Both the position numbers and the translations under genes were made by a program. A model generated the notes under the pieces. That model did no database searches, was not told the origin of the DNA, and saw nothing but the letters and a program-made list of their open reading frames with translations. DNA of 64,000 bases, from contig NJBI01000011.1 of assembly GCA_005222975.1 (NCBI GenBank), forward strand, positions 1 through 64,000, read 5' to 3'. The DNA is from Promethearchaeota archaeon Loki_b31 (GTDB lineage: Archaea; Asgardarchaeota; Lokiarchaeia; Sigyniarchaeales; SOKP01). This document shows positions 27,511 to 38,249 of the stretch, piece after piece; the first letter of the stretch is position 1; each line of letters starts with the position of its first letter.

Positions 27511-28461
27511 CTATAAATTTCCAAATTTTATTAATATCGCATCATAAGGACACTTCTCTTTACACTCCAAACAAAAGTTACACTCACCTTTACCCGTGAA
27601 AAATTCAAACGGCTCATCTAATATTCTAATCTGTTTTGGACAGATGTCTTCACAGATTCCACATTCAGACCTACCTACACATTTAACAGGGTTTCTGGAT
27701 AATTTTAAAAAAGCATAATCGGTTATGACTGAAGAAACTGCAGCAAAAGGGCAAATATACCTACAGTATAATCGTGGATACCACACCGAAAGGACAAGGA
27801 TTAAAGTGTAGACACCTATTATAATATATCCTCCAGGTTCTAAAGCATCGAATTTTGCCGGTAAAAAGATATTCAGAATAATATCTGGAAGAAACACAAA
27901 AATAAATTCAGATAAAGAAAAAAATCCTATTGGTCGTTGAGCAAATACACCTATCTGGTTTTTAAAATCAAGATAAAATAAGACATTCGTATTTTTAGCA
28001 ATTCCTAACGGGAATATGATTAATGTGATAATAATTATAAAAACATACTTTATGTTGAGAAGATTCTTATGGGTTTCAAGTTTTACCCTCTTTTTTTTAG
28101 TAGGTATTGCAGCACACACATCTTGGATCGCCCCAATCGGACATATCCATCCACAAAAAAACCGATTTGAAAATAATAATATTAATATTAACACTGCAAT
28201 AAGAAAAAATGGAAATACACCTTCTGCCATGGAGAAGAAGATATATTCTAACATTCCTGCTCCATTAGAAAGAGGATTTCTTGGCGAGTTTAAAATGGGT
28301 AGTGCCTTTATAATTCCTTCTAAACTTAATAGGTTAATAGGAAAAATGGCTTCTATAATTATGTAATTTATCAATAAAAACGCAAAAATCTGAATTATTC
28401 TTCGAGTGATTGTGATTAAGTTTCCTCTAATCTTTAAACTTTTAAATCTCATAGATATCAC
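27511..28461 (-). CDS. Membrane 4Fe-4S protein (NapH/MauN-like)
   Basis: RFFCGWICPIG, YCRYICP, two ferredoxin motifs. Confidence 0.85.
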   Translation of the reverse strand: MISMRFKSLKIRGNLITITRRIIQIFAFLLINYIIIEAIFPINLLSLEGIIKALPILNSPRNPLSNGAGMLEYIFFSMAEGVFPFFLIAVLILILLFSNRFFCGWICPIGAIQDVCAAIPTKKKRVKLETHKNLLNIKYVFIIIITLIIFPLGIAKNTNVLFYLDFKNQIGVFAQRPIGFFSLSEFIFVFLPDIILNIFLPAKFDALEPGGYIIIGVYTLILVLSVWYPRLYCRYICPFAAVSSVITDYAFLKLSRNPVKCVGRSECGICEDICPKQIRILDEPFEFFTGKGECNFCLECKEKCPYDAILIKFGNL

Positions 28462-28554
28462 TTGCTAAATTTTAAATTAATAAATAATTGCTGGTTTTTC
28501 AATTTTTAGAATTGAAAAAAGAGAAATAAAAAAAAATTTGAAAAAGTAATTTTT

Positions 28555-28989
28555 TTAAGCTTTTTTAATTTTACTGAAGGACTTTTTATACTCTTCAGGA
28601 TTTCCACCCGCTACAAGGTAATCTATGTAAACTTTTAAACTTTTTAAAAATAAATCTCCAGCCATTTCCATAATCATTCTTTGGTCTTCCAATTCAAATT
28701 CAGTCCAAAGCGTCACTTTAGTTACATCGCCTTTCGGTTCGAAAATATAACCAATTTTTTTCATAGGGCTTCCCTCTTGGATTGATGTTATCTTCTCACG
28801 AGGTATGTTCTCAATTTCTATGTTTGTTACATCCCCTACATTAGTTTTTAGGAAATATTTTTTGGAATCGAGTTGTTTGATTTCATTTACAACGATATTC
28901 CATCTTGGTAAACCCATGTAATCGTTTAATATCTCGTAAACTTTTTCTACGGAAGCTTTAATTTCTATTTTTTTTTCTGCTATTGGCAA
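28555..28989 (-). CDS. SRPBCC/START-fold protein
   Basis: IEIKASVEKVYEILND..LPRW. Confidence 0.75.
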   Translation of the reverse strand: MPIAEKKIEIKASVEKVYEILNDYMGLPRWNIVVNEIKQLDSKKYFLKTNVGDVTNIEIENIPREKITSIQEGSPMKKIGYIFEPKGDVTKVTLWTEFELEDQRMIMEMAGDLFLKSLKVYIDYLVAGGNPEEYKKSFSKIKKA

Positions 28990-29098
28990 AAAATCAACTC
29001 CTTTAAAATTTATTATCTTTAGTCATTATTAAAAATTACAGTAAAACATTTAGCTGAAATTTAAATCTTTAATATAATAAAATAGAGAGATGAATGGA

Positions 29099-31009
29099 TT
29101 ACTTGAGCGAAAGAGACTCTCTATTTCTCGGAGCTTTAGTGGCTTTTCTTAATTTTTTATGTATCATCGTCGATAAGCTTACACATTTGCTTTCTTCGCC
29201 GTGGTTGATTATAACTAATTTTGGTCTGGGTTGAATTCTGCGTAGAAATTGCGATATCTGGCTTCTTGACGAGTGACCAGAGAATCCTTCTAAAGTAAAG
29301 ACATTTAAGTTTAATCTTATAAGCTGTGTCCTTCCTTTCTCATTGGTGTATTGAATCTCGCGGAAACCACGCTGAACCCTGCTTCCCAAAGTTCCATTTA
29401 CTTGGTAAGATACAAATATAAGAGAATTATTCTTATCTTCAGCTAACCTTCTTAAATATTGAACTGAGGGGCCTCCGATTAACATACCGCTCGTAGCTAA
29501 GATAATACAAGGTCCACCCAAAATTACATCGTTCCTTTCTTCTTGACTAGAAATAGTCGTGAAAAAATCGCTTAAGAATGGGTTTTTGCCCTGATGTAAT
29601 ATTTTTTCTCTTAAGTCAGAGCTAAGAAAATCGGGGTTTGCGGTATGTATAGCTGTTGCTTCTGAGATTAATCCGTCCAAAAAGATTGGGACATGATCAA
29701 TAATACCTTTTGAGATGAACTCTTCTAACACTATTATTAGCTCTTGAGCTCGCCCTACTGCTAATACAGGAATAAGAATTTTGCCACCTCTCTTGATCGT
29801 TGAATTTAATATTTGCCTAAGGTCTCTTTCAGAATCTTGTCTACTTGGGATTCGATCTTGAGGGCCTCCATAAGTTGATTCAATAAGTAGGGCTTCAACC
29901 CTCGGAAATTTTACAGCCGCTTTTTCTAGAAGTCTTGTTTTTTGATATTTAAAATCTCCTGTGTATATAAAGTTGAATCCACCCTTTCCGAAATGTAAAT
30001 GAATTATTGAAGAGCCTAATATATGACCAGAATTATGAAGTGTTAACTTAATATCGGGAGCAATATCCGTAACTTTCCCCCATGAGAGGGGTATCGTATG
30101 GAGTACAGCGCTTTTTACATCCCTTTTAGAATAAGGACCAGGTATACCCTCTTTTTCGCAAATCTGAACGAAATCTAATTGCAACATGGTCGAAAGGTTT
30201 CGTGTAGGGAGCGTACAATATACGGGACCTTTATACCCATACTTAAATAAAAAAGGTACCATTCCACAATGATCTAAGTGAGCATGAGAAACTATTACGG
30301 CGTCTAAATCCCTTATTGAAAACTCTGGAATATCAAAATTTGGAAATTGATCGTTTTTATTGCCGACATTTAACCCTACATCGAGAAGAATGTTACTATC
30401 TCTTGTTTGCATTAAAATACACGATCTACCGACTTCTCTAAAACCACCTAAGGAAGTTAGGCGAATATTTAAATCTTTAAAAATGGTAGGGCGGTGAATT
30501 CTCTTTCCAATATTCAAGAGTATGTCTTTTTGGTTTTGTCTTTCTTTTTTCAACATTCCTCTAATTAATTCAATGGTTCTCGATTCCAACGGTGGCGTTC
30601 TTATTGTTTTAGGTTGCCAAAAAGTGTTCATCCGTATTTCCTTTAAATTCACACCTTTTTTTCCAATAACCAACCCTGGTTTTACCGATTCTATAATAAC
30701 TTCTCCACGAGTGTGATCAAATTCAATATTGGTGATTTCAGCGCTTTCGACTATTAAATTTCTTATGTAATCTTCTGTTTCAGATGGATCCTTGCGCTTC
30801 TCCGCGTTCCAGCGAAAAACCACTCTTTTACGCATAGTTTTCGCTAATTCTTTTAAAATGTCTGAACTTTCAATAAGATCCAAATTTTCATTTTCAGAAT
30901 AAACGGCTATTTCAGGACCCTCAAATTCTATTTTTTTAACCTTGATACCGGCAGGGAGATTTGAAATGATTTGATCCTTAATTCTTTGTAGTTCTCCTTC
31001 GAAACTCAT
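29099..31009 (-). CDS. fttA: Archaeal beta-CASP ribonuclease aCPSF1 (transcription termination factor)
   Basis: N-terminal KH domains (EFEGPE, KPGLVIGK), GGFREVGRS, HAHLDH, GFSGHS. Confidence 0.95.
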   Translation of the reverse strand: MSFEGELQRIKDQIISNLPAGIKVKKIEFEGPEIAVYSENENLDLIESSDILKELAKTMRKRVVFRWNAEKRKDPSETEDYIRNLIVESAEITNIEFDHTRGEVIIESVKPGLVIGKKGVNLKEIRMNTFWQPKTIRTPPLESRTIELIRGMLKKERQNQKDILLNIGKRIHRPTIFKDLNIRLTSLGGFREVGRSCILMQTRDSNILLDVGLNVGNKNDQFPNFDIPEFSIRDLDAVIVSHAHLDHCGMVPFLFKYGYKGPVYCTLPTRNLSTMLQLDFVQICEKEGIPGPYSKRDVKSAVLHTIPLSWGKVTDIAPDIKLTLHNSGHILGSSIIHLHFGKGGFNFIYTGDFKYQKTRLLEKAAVKFPRVEALLIESTYGGPQDRIPSRQDSERDLRQILNSTIKRGGKILIPVLAVGRAQELIIVLEEFISKGIIDHVPIFLDGLISEATAIHTANPDFLSSDLREKILHQGKNPFLSDFFTTISSQEERNDVILGGPCIILATSGMLIGGPSVQYLRRLAEDKNNSLIFVSYQVNGTLGSRVQRGFREIQYTNEKGRTQLIRLNLNVFTLEGFSGHSSRSQISQFLRRIQPRPKLVIINHGEESKCVSLSTMIHKKLRKATKAPRNRESLSLK

Positions 31010-31410
31010 ATATCCTCAATTTTTTAATATAATTCTTATTTAGTTTTAAAAATGTAAAAGTTGTTGATTCTCTTATTATTATATTTAGAATAATCTTTTC
31101 TTTAAATTGAATTATTTATAACCTAGTTATAATCTCCTTTAAAGTTATATGTACAGTCAATTTGGTTTTTTAAACGATGTTTTTAAACAAATAGAACAAT
31201 TCTTAGATATTAATATTAATACCAGAGATTATATTTAACAACGAATTAATTCTAATTTCTAAATAATATATGAGTTTATAGAATAAAAATATTGTCATTA
31301 TGGAATGAGGATTAATGATCTGCTGCAAATCTCTTCCCTCACCTAAAGGAGGGGGTTTTTGTTTTGCTTTAATGATAAACTTTTTTTAAAAAAGAAAATT
31401 AGAACGAACT

Positions 31411-32046
31411 ATGTCAAAAGTAAAAATAGGTGCGATAGCCTCTGGTTCTGGGAGTAATTTAGAAGCAATAATTAAAGCATGCGAGGAAGGCATTTTGAAA
31501 CATAAGGCGGGCGTAAAAGTACTTATTTGTAACAAAACTGGAGCATTTTGCATGGAACGAGCGAAAAACCATAACATACCATATGAATTAATTGAATCTA
31601 ATAAGTTTCTTCATCTCCCCAGAGAAGAGTTCGATAAAAAGATGATAGCTGTACTAAAAAAATACGATTGTGAATTAGTTGTTTTAGTCGGCTATATGAG
31701 ATTAGTAAGCCAAAGTTTTATTGATGCTTTCAATGGGAATGTTATGAATATACATCCTGCCCTTTTGCCTTCCTTCAAAGGTATGCACGCTCACAAAGAT
31801 GTTTTAGAATATGGTGTAAAGGTTTCTGGTACTACAGTTCATTTTGTGGATCCTCAATCGGATCATGGACCAATCATCATCCAAAAATGCGTTCCTGTGT
31901 ACGATACCGACACAGAAAAAACTTTAGGACCAAGAGTTTTAGAATGGGAGCACAAAATCTTTCCTAAAGCGATAGAATTATATTGCGATAAACGGTTGCA
32001 TGTTGATGGAAGAATTGTAAGAATCGATGGTGATGTTGTCTTATAA
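31411..32046 (+). CDS. purN: Phosphoribosylglycinamide formyltransferase
   Basis: ASGSGSNLEAI, GYMR, NIHPALLPSFKG, SGTTVHFV..DHGPII. Confidence 0.95.
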   Translation: MSKVKIGAIASGSGSNLEAIIKACEEGILKHKAGVKVLICNKTGAFCMERAKNHNIPYELIESNKFLHLPREEFDKKMIAVLKKYDCELVVLVGYMRLVSQSFIDAFNGNVMNIHPALLPSFKGMHAHKDVLEYGVKVSGTTVHFVDPQSDHGPIIIQKCVPVYDTDTEKTLGPRVLEWEHKIFPKAIELYCDKRLHVDGRIVRIDGDVVL

Positions 32047-32064
32047 TTGTAATTATTTAAATAT

Positions 32065-32167
32065 GCGGGAAATGATTTCGTTGAAAGCTCTGACCCAACT
32101 GAAAGTATTGGTATTTTCCATAACTTAATGAAGAAGATCTTGAGTAATGAGATTACTCATTTCCCGC
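32065..32167. ncRNA. Candidate structured RNA between purN and the EF-2 paralog
   Basis: 11-bp terminal inverted repeat GCGGGAAATGA/TCATTTCCCGC, internal hairpins, C/D-box-like words. Confidence 0.4.
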
Positions 32168-32258
32168 TCCTATTACATTCAAATAAACCTAAAATTTTAA
32201 TCAAATCAAACATGGTTTAATAATATATTAATATAATTAACAAGAGAATAAAGTAAAG

Positions 32259-34448
32259 ATGCCTCGTCGTAAGGAAATTTCTGAGATTCTAAATATGATG
32301 GAAAAGACTCAGAATATTAGGAATATTGGGTTTGTGGGCCATATAGACCATGGTAAAACAACGCTAAGCGATTCTCTTTTGAGTGAAGCGGGTTTACTTT
32401 CACCCGATCTAGCAGGTGAAGCACGTGCCTTAGATTATTTAGAAGAAGAACAAAGACGTGGAATTACCATGAAATCTACTAATATTTCATTATACTATGA
32501 AAAATCCCTTAAAGACCACGACCCTTTTCTAATAAATCTTGTTGATACACCAGGCCACTTAGATTTTAGTGGCAAAGTAACTCGTGCTTTAAGGTTAATA
32601 GATGGAGTCGTTGTAGTTGTCGATGCTGTTGAGGAAATAATAACTCAATCTGAAACGGTTATTAAACAAGCTCTACAGGAAGGTGTGAAACCAGTACTTT
32701 ATATTAATAAAGTAGATCGCCTCATCCGAGAGTTAAAGCTAACAGATGAAAAAATAAGAAAAAAATATACAAGGATTATTAAAGATTTTAATACGCTCAT
32801 TAAAAGGTACGCAGATAAACCCTTCAAAAAAGAGTGGCAAGTATCTCCTGACATTGGAAATGTTGCATTCGGCTCAGCGCTCCACAAATGGGGTTTTACA
32901 TTAAGTATTTTAGAAAATAACGAGTTAAAGTTTTCGGATATTAGATCGCGGTATCAAAAAGAAACATACACTAAAGAAACCTATGCTGATTTAGCTGTTT
33001 ATTTTCCAATACACAACGCAATACTAGAAATGGTTGTCGATCACCTCCCTAATCCTATTGAAGCTCAGAAATACAGAATAGGTAAGATTTGGTGTGGAGA
33101 TTTGACATCTGAAGTTGGAAAATCTATGACTAATTGCGATCCAAATGGACCTTTAATAATATGTTTGAGTAAAGTACAAGCAGATAAGCACAGTTTGGTC
33201 GCAACTGGAAGAATATTTTCTGGAAATTGTTTCAATAAAGAGGAAGTATTTTTATTAAGAGAAAATAATTTCGATACAATTCGAAAAACCGCAATTTTCA
33301 TGGGTCAAAGAAGAGAGCAAGTTGAAGAAATCCCTGTTGGAAACATCGTTGCTATAGAAGGGTTAAAAAAAGTAAAAAGCGGCGAGACTTTAATTAATAA
33401 GAATTATATTGATAAAATGGTTCCATTTGAAAATGTAAAATATGTTTCTACTCCCGTCGTAACGGTATCAATCGAACCGGAATATTTAAGAGATTTAGAT
33501 AAAATGAAAGAGCTCATCGAAAACATACTAATCGAAGATCCCAATTTGTTATTTGAAATAAACGAGGAAAACGGCGAGTTCCTACTCTCAGGTATGGGAC
33601 CTTTACATCTTGAAATCACCGCAAATGAAATTGAAAAACGAGGTGTTGAGATTTCAACATCAGAACCAAGGGCGGTCTTTAAAGAATCTTGCAAATATGG
33701 TTCTTCTACTATAGCTGCAGAATCAACAAACCATCAAAGTTCGCTAAAAATTAGAATAGAACTATTAAACGATAAAACAAGCAGGTTCTTCCGGACTCAT
33801 GATTTTAAGTCTATAAAACCAGTAGCAAAATTGAAAGAATTGTTAGAAGAATTTACTGATTTAACAACGGATGAAATCCAAGACTTTTGGACATATTTCG
33901 ATAATAATAACGTTTTAATTTATAATTTAAAAGATGATTTAAACCAATTCTTGAAAGATACAAATTTAGAAATTATTGATAAAATTCTATTAAATGGTCC
34001 ACTATGCGGCGAAAAATTAACAGGTCTAAAAGTTATAATTGAAGAACTCGTCGTAAATAAGCTTGACGAAGAAAATGCGTTTACAGAATTATCGGCAATG
34101 TTTTACGATGCCATTAAAAAAGCTTTAAACGAATCTGGACTTATCCTACTTGAACCTATATACTATACAATTATTCAATTACCCCCAGATTACATAAAAA
34201 ATACGCTTTCTTTGCTTTCAAAATATTCTGCAAAAATAAAAAATGTCAATCAAGAAAAGGATTATCAAGCAATCATAGAAGTGCTCTTGCCAGTAAGAAA
34301 TTCTATTAAATTTGCTGAAGCTATTCGTTCTAGCACTTCAGGAAAAGCGTTCTGGCAAAATGAGTTTTACGCTTACATGGAAGTCCCTAATCATGAAGCC
34401 AAAAGATTAATTAGTGATTTAAGATTTCTTAAAGGGCTTTCTTGGTAG
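32259..34448 (+). CDS. Elongation factor 2 paralog (aEF-2p)
   Basis: GHIDHGKTT, RGITM, DTPGH, NKVD, GMGPLHLEI; domain IV lacks the HxDxxHRG diphthamide loop. Confidence 0.88.
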   Translation: MPRRKEISEILNMMEKTQNIRNIGFVGHIDHGKTTLSDSLLSEAGLLSPDLAGEARALDYLEEEQRRGITMKSTNISLYYEKSLKDHDPFLINLVDTPGHLDFSGKVTRALRLIDGVVVVVDAVEEIITQSETVIKQALQEGVKPVLYINKVDRLIRELKLTDEKIRKKYTRIIKDFNTLIKRYADKPFKKEWQVSPDIGNVAFGSALHKWGFTLSILENNELKFSDIRSRYQKETYTKETYADLAVYFPIHNAILEMVVDHLPNPIEAQKYRIGKIWCGDLTSEVGKSMTNCDPNGPLIICLSKVQADKHSLVATGRIFSGNCFNKEEVFLLRENNFDTIRKTAIFMGQRREQVEEIPVGNIVAIEGLKKVKSGETLINKNYIDKMVPFENVKYVSTPVVTVSIEPEYLRDLDKMKELIENILIEDPNLLFEINEENGEFLLSGMGPLHLEITANEIEKRGVEISTSEPRAVFKESCKYGSSTIAAESTNHQSSLKIRIELLNDKTSRFFRTHDFKSIKPVAKLKELLEEFTDLTTDEIQDFWTYFDNNNVLIYNLKDDLNQFLKDTNLEIIDKILLNGPLCGEKLTGLKVIIEELVVNKLDEENAFTELSAMFYDAIKKALNESGLILLEPIYYTIIQLPPDYIKNTLSLLSKYSAKIKNVNQEKDYQAIIEVLLPVRNSIKFAEAIRSSTSGKAFWQNEFYAYMEVPNHEAKRLISDLRFLKGLSW

Positions 34449-34462
34449 AGATAATGATTAAA

Positions 34463-34533
34463 TGCGCCTGCCGGGAATTGAACCCGGGACGCTGACTTGG
34501 GAAGCCAGCATATTACCACTATACTACAAGCGC
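34463..34533 (-). tRNA. tRNA-Gly(CCC)
   Basis: Reverse complement GCGCTTGTAGTATAGTGGTAATATGCTGGCTTCCCAAGTCAGCGTCCCGGGTTCAATTCCCGGCAGGCGCA. Confidence 0.93.
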
Positions 34534-34632
34534 AAAAATATAGAAAATTAATAATAATAAATGAGATTTTATAAATAAATTTTTTTACAAGTTGTGGTTT
34601 ATTAATAATTAAATTTCAAAATAGGTAGTACC

Positions 34633-35307
34633 ATGAATATTGAGAATTTAATTTTTCAAAAAAATATTACGATTAACAGCAACGATTCACTACTCATAAT
34701 TGATATGCAGTATGATTTTATGCCAGGGGGAGCTTTACCTGTCGAAGAAGGCGATCAGATTATAGATGACATTAATTTAGTCGCTGAAATTTTTAAGGAT
34801 AACAATGGGATAGTTGTATTAACACAAGATTGGCATCCAAAAAATCATAAGTCATTTGCAAGTAGCTATCCTGGGAAAAACCCTAGAGATGAGTTTCAAT
34901 CCGAAGGAATTGGTCCAATTATTTGGCCAGATCATTGCGTTCAAGGCACACAAGGCGCAAAATTTCACGAAAAATTAAAAACTGATTTAACTAATGTTAT
35001 TATTCGTAAGGGCTATAATATCGATGTAGATAGTTATTCTGGATTTATTGAAAACGATAAAAAATCAGAAACAGGTTTGGCTGGACTATTGAAATCATTG
35101 AATATTAAAAGAATCTTTATTTGTGGATTAGTGTTAGACTATTGTTGCTATTTTACTGCGATTGATGGTATCGATTTTGGTTTTGAGGTTTACTTTTTAG
35201 TAAATTTAACTAAAGGCATAGATTTGCCCCCAGGAAACATCTCTAGCTCTTTAGAGAATATGAGAAATAAAGGAATTAAATTCGTAGCAAAGGAGAGTTT
35301 TGTGTAA
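34633..35307 (+). CDS. pncA: Nicotinamidase/pyrazinamidase
   Basis: IDMQYDFMPGGAL, QDWHP, WPDHCVQGT, DSYSGF. Confidence 0.92.
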   Translation: MNIENLIFQKNITINSNDSLLIIDMQYDFMPGGALPVEEGDQIIDDINLVAEIFKDNNGIVVLTQDWHPKNHKSFASSYPGKNPRDEFQSEGIGPIIWPDHCVQGTQGAKFHEKLKTDLTNVIIRKGYNIDVDSYSGFIENDKKSETGLAGLLKSLNIKRIFICGLVLDYCCYFTAIDGIDFGFEVYFLVNLTKGIDLPPGNISSSLENMRNKGIKFVAKESFV

Positions 35308-35318
35308 GGGTTAAAATC

Positions 35319-35816
35319 GTGAAGTCTACGACGAATGCTAAACCTAAGAGTTTTCCATACAGCAAAATTTTAGTAGCTTGTAGTGTAAATACCGCAAGAA
35401 GTCCAATGACAGAAGGATTTTTAAAAGATTTCTTTGCTCGTAATAATATGAAAGGAGAAGTGTATTCTGGTGGAATTTCTTCGAACGCTAGAGATGGAAT
35501 GCTTATTTCTCTTGACGCGAAATTTGTAATGAAAGAATTTTTTATAGACTTACCAGAAGATTCTGTCTCGATTGATTTAAAAAAACGACTTGAATTAATT
35601 CAGTGGGCAGATTTAATCCTCACGCTAACTGATAAACATAAACAAGAAATTATTAAATTTATTGACTCAGATAATAAAGAGATTTGCACTCTAAGAGAAT
35701 TTGCGGGAGAAAATGGGGATATTGAAGACCCTTCAATGAAAGGACTTGAAGGTTTTCGCAAAGCTCGGGACGAGATAAAAAGATGTTTGGATAAAGGGTT
35801 AAGAAAATATTCGTGA
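35319..35816 (+). CDS. Low-molecular-weight protein phosphatase/arsenate reductase family
   Basis: CSVNTARSPM P-loop, ADLILT, DIEDP. Confidence 0.85.
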   Translation: MKSTTNAKPKSFPYSKILVACSVNTARSPMTEGFLKDFFARNNMKGEVYSGGISSNARDGMLISLDAKFVMKEFFIDLPEDSVSIDLKKRLELIQWADLILTLTDKHKQEIIKFIDSDNKEICTLREFAGENGDIEDPSMKGLEGFRKARDEIKRCLDKGLRKYS

Positions 35817-35822
35817 AATTTT

Positions 35823-36716
35823 CTAACTTGTTTTGATAAAATTAAGTAAGTAATCGCTCAATATACTTTCAATATTCTTTATTCCTCGAAATCCTGGAAA
35901 ATCGTTAAGATCTATGAAATAATACTTATTGCTATTTACGGGTTGAACCAAGTCGAACCCAAATATTTTTAAATTCATTTCTTTTGAAAGGATTTGGGCT
36001 AGATTATGAATTTCTTTAGTTATTTTAAATTCTTTTCTTTTGATTGTGTCAACATCGATATTATCGGGCTTTTTTTTCAAAAATATATAAATCGGATTTT
36101 CTCTTATAATCCCAAACGTTTTGTCTCCTATTACGTAAATCTTTCTTTCAAAACCATCACACTCAATAAATTTTTGAATGTAAATGTCGTAGTATAATAA
36201 ATGTTTATATCTTTCGCAAAAAATATCTATTTCTTTTATCTTTCGAACTAGAAAATTGAATCTATTGTATTTATCGTGTTGATAATGACTTTTAAGTACA
36301 ATAGGTAATTTCGGAGTTGCCCATTTCTTAAATTTTTGAACATCTGTAATATTATTATTCCAAGAATTTGGTAGAGCGAAATGCTTCCTGATTTGAGGAT
36401 TATTTTTAAAGACACTTCTAAGAGCGTAATCAAGAGCGATCTTGTTTTTGCATGTTAAAACAACATCAACACTATGGAATGTCGGAATTTTATTTATTTT
36501 AGCAAAATGAAGTAGATCGATAGAACAATCGTTTCTTATTTTAGCAATTATTAAATCTGCTTCTTTAATCGCTTTAGGCATTCTGGAAAGGTTGAAAAAT
36601 TTCTTTGTAGGATCGTGAAAGTATAAATTGACATCTGGAATAGTTTTGAGCCTGTTTATAACGCTTTTTATGATTTCGTGATCTTCTCTTGCTGAAAAAA
36701 CGACCTTTTTGACCAT
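35823..36716 (-). CDS. ATP-grasp protein, ITPK1-like inositol phosphate kinase candidate
   Basis: IQKFI..ERKIYVIG, IFGFDLV, IDLNDFPGF. Confidence 0.75.
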   Translation of the reverse strand: MVKKVVFSAREDHEIIKSVINRLKTIPDVNLYFHDPTKKFFNLSRMPKAIKEADLIIAKIRNDCSIDLLHFAKINKIPTFHSVDVVLTCKNKIALDYALRSVFKNNPQIRKHFALPNSWNNNITDVQKFKKWATPKLPIVLKSHYQHDKYNRFNFLVRKIKEIDIFCERYKHLLYYDIYIQKFIECDGFERKIYVIGDKTFGIIRENPIYIFLKKKPDNIDVDTIKRKEFKITKEIHNLAQILSKEMNLKIFGFDLVQPVNSNKYYFIDLNDFPGFRGIKNIESILSDYLLNFIKTS

Positions 36717-36839
36717 AATTAATTCTTAAAAAAGCGGGACACATTCTTAAATATTCCTTAATCCTTATTTTTTTTAAAGTTTATATTAATTAAAATTTAA
36801 TTAATTATTAATAATTACATCTTTAAATTTAACCAGAAT

Positions 36840-38129
36840 GTGGAAATTCTATTGAGAGAAAAAAAATTTAGTAAATTTTTAAGGAGACAAGTATTACTGA
36901 TTGGATTACTTTATTGCGGTGATTATATTTTCTTCTTTTTTGAGCAAAACTACTTTAACACTTATATTGATCACGTTCTTAATCTTCCAGAAATCTATAT
37001 ATCACTAATGGTTTCTTTATCTGCTACTATGGGATTGATTATGAATTTTGTATGGGGTGTTTTTAGTGATAATACGCGATCAAAATTCGGAAGGAGGCGT
37101 CCATATTTACTTTTAGGAATGATAGCGGGAACTGCTATGATTTTCTATGGATTATCACCTAGTTTTTATATTTGCCTATTCATAGATGTCATCATTATAG
37201 GAATCTTTTCGAACGCGTATTTAGTTGCCGAAAGGTCTCTTATCCCAGACACAGTTGAAATTGAGAAGAGAGGTCGAGCAAATGGCATAATTAATGCTGT
37301 TAGCTATATAGGATTATTAGTTGGCGTCGCTTTTTTGTTGGTTGGTAATGAACTATTTGGAGTCCAGGACCCTATCGATGGTGGAACGATCATTACTCAA
37401 GAAGGGCATTTTATCTTACTTTCTGTAGGGGGTATAATCTTTGGATTAGTCGGATTAATTGGTTTCATTTTTATTAAAGAAAAACCAATATCTGAGCTTC
37501 CTGAAAAGAAACCATTTTTGAAAGAATTAAAAAATTCCTTTAATTTAAGAGAGTTTAAAGCTCAAAAAGAATTCTATAAAATTACACTGGCATTTATGGT
37601 TTTTCAGTCGGGAATCTCATCTGTGATGCCATTTCTGTTTGTCTTTATCTTTGATTTAGGCTTATCGACTATAGAATTGTTAACGGTAATTGCTGTAGCT
37701 TTTCCTATATTATACGGTGTGACCTTATACCTTGGTAAAGTGGCTGATAAATTTGGTCGAAAAAGGTTTATTCCGTTATCCATTATATTGACTAGTATAG
37801 GATACCTAATCGTTCCATTCACAGTGAGCGGTAATAATGTAAATTTCGTTCTATTTATAGTGATATTTCCATTTATCATGGTAGGATTGCTAGCCTTAGT
37901 AACTCCTCTAAATACTTGGACACAAGATTTATTACCTGAAGATAGACGAGGGACATTTAATGGTATATTCAATATAGTTTTTACCGTATCACAAGTAATT
38001 GGATCAATTGCGGGTGGGATAGTAGCAACCTTATTCGGAGTCCAATGGATTTTTCTATTAGGTCCTGTCTTTTTTATTGCTTCTATTCCACTTTTCCTAA
38101 AAGTAGAAGAGACTCTAAAGAAAGACTAG
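36840..38129 (+). CDS. MFS transporter
   Basis: GVFSDNTRSKFGRRRPY, GKVADKFGRK; about 12 TM. Confidence 0.9.
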   Translation: MEILLREKKFSKFLRRQVLLIGLLYCGDYIFFFFEQNYFNTYIDHVLNLPEIYISLMVSLSATMGLIMNFVWGVFSDNTRSKFGRRRPYLLLGMIAGTAMIFYGLSPSFYICLFIDVIIIGIFSNAYLVAERSLIPDTVEIEKRGRANGIINAVSYIGLLVGVAFLLVGNELFGVQDPIDGGTIITQEGHFILLSVGGIIFGLVGLIGFIFIKEKPISELPEKKPFLKELKNSFNLREFKAQKEFYKITLAFMVFQSGISSVMPFLFVFIFDLGLSTIELLTVIAVAFPILYGVTLYLGKVADKFGRKRFIPLSIILTSIGYLIVPFTVSGNNVNFVLFIVIFPFIMVGLLALVTPLNTWTQDLLPEDRRGTFNGIFNIVFTVSQVIGSIAGGIVATLFGVQWIFLLGPVFFIASIPLFLKVEETLKKD

Positions 38130-38249
38130 ATAATTTTTTCTATATTTTTTTATTTTTTTTTTGTGGTATGATTATAAGTTCTAATAACTTTTCTCTATAT
38201 CGATAGTTTCAAAATGGTTAAATACTATAAACAAATAATAGAAGATAAC

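Noticed and set aside
32070-32110. Eukaryote-like SECIS (ATGA, stem, AAA loop)
   Set aside because: The 3' side reads GT rather than GA, the stem is short, and neither flanking gene has an in-frame TGA.
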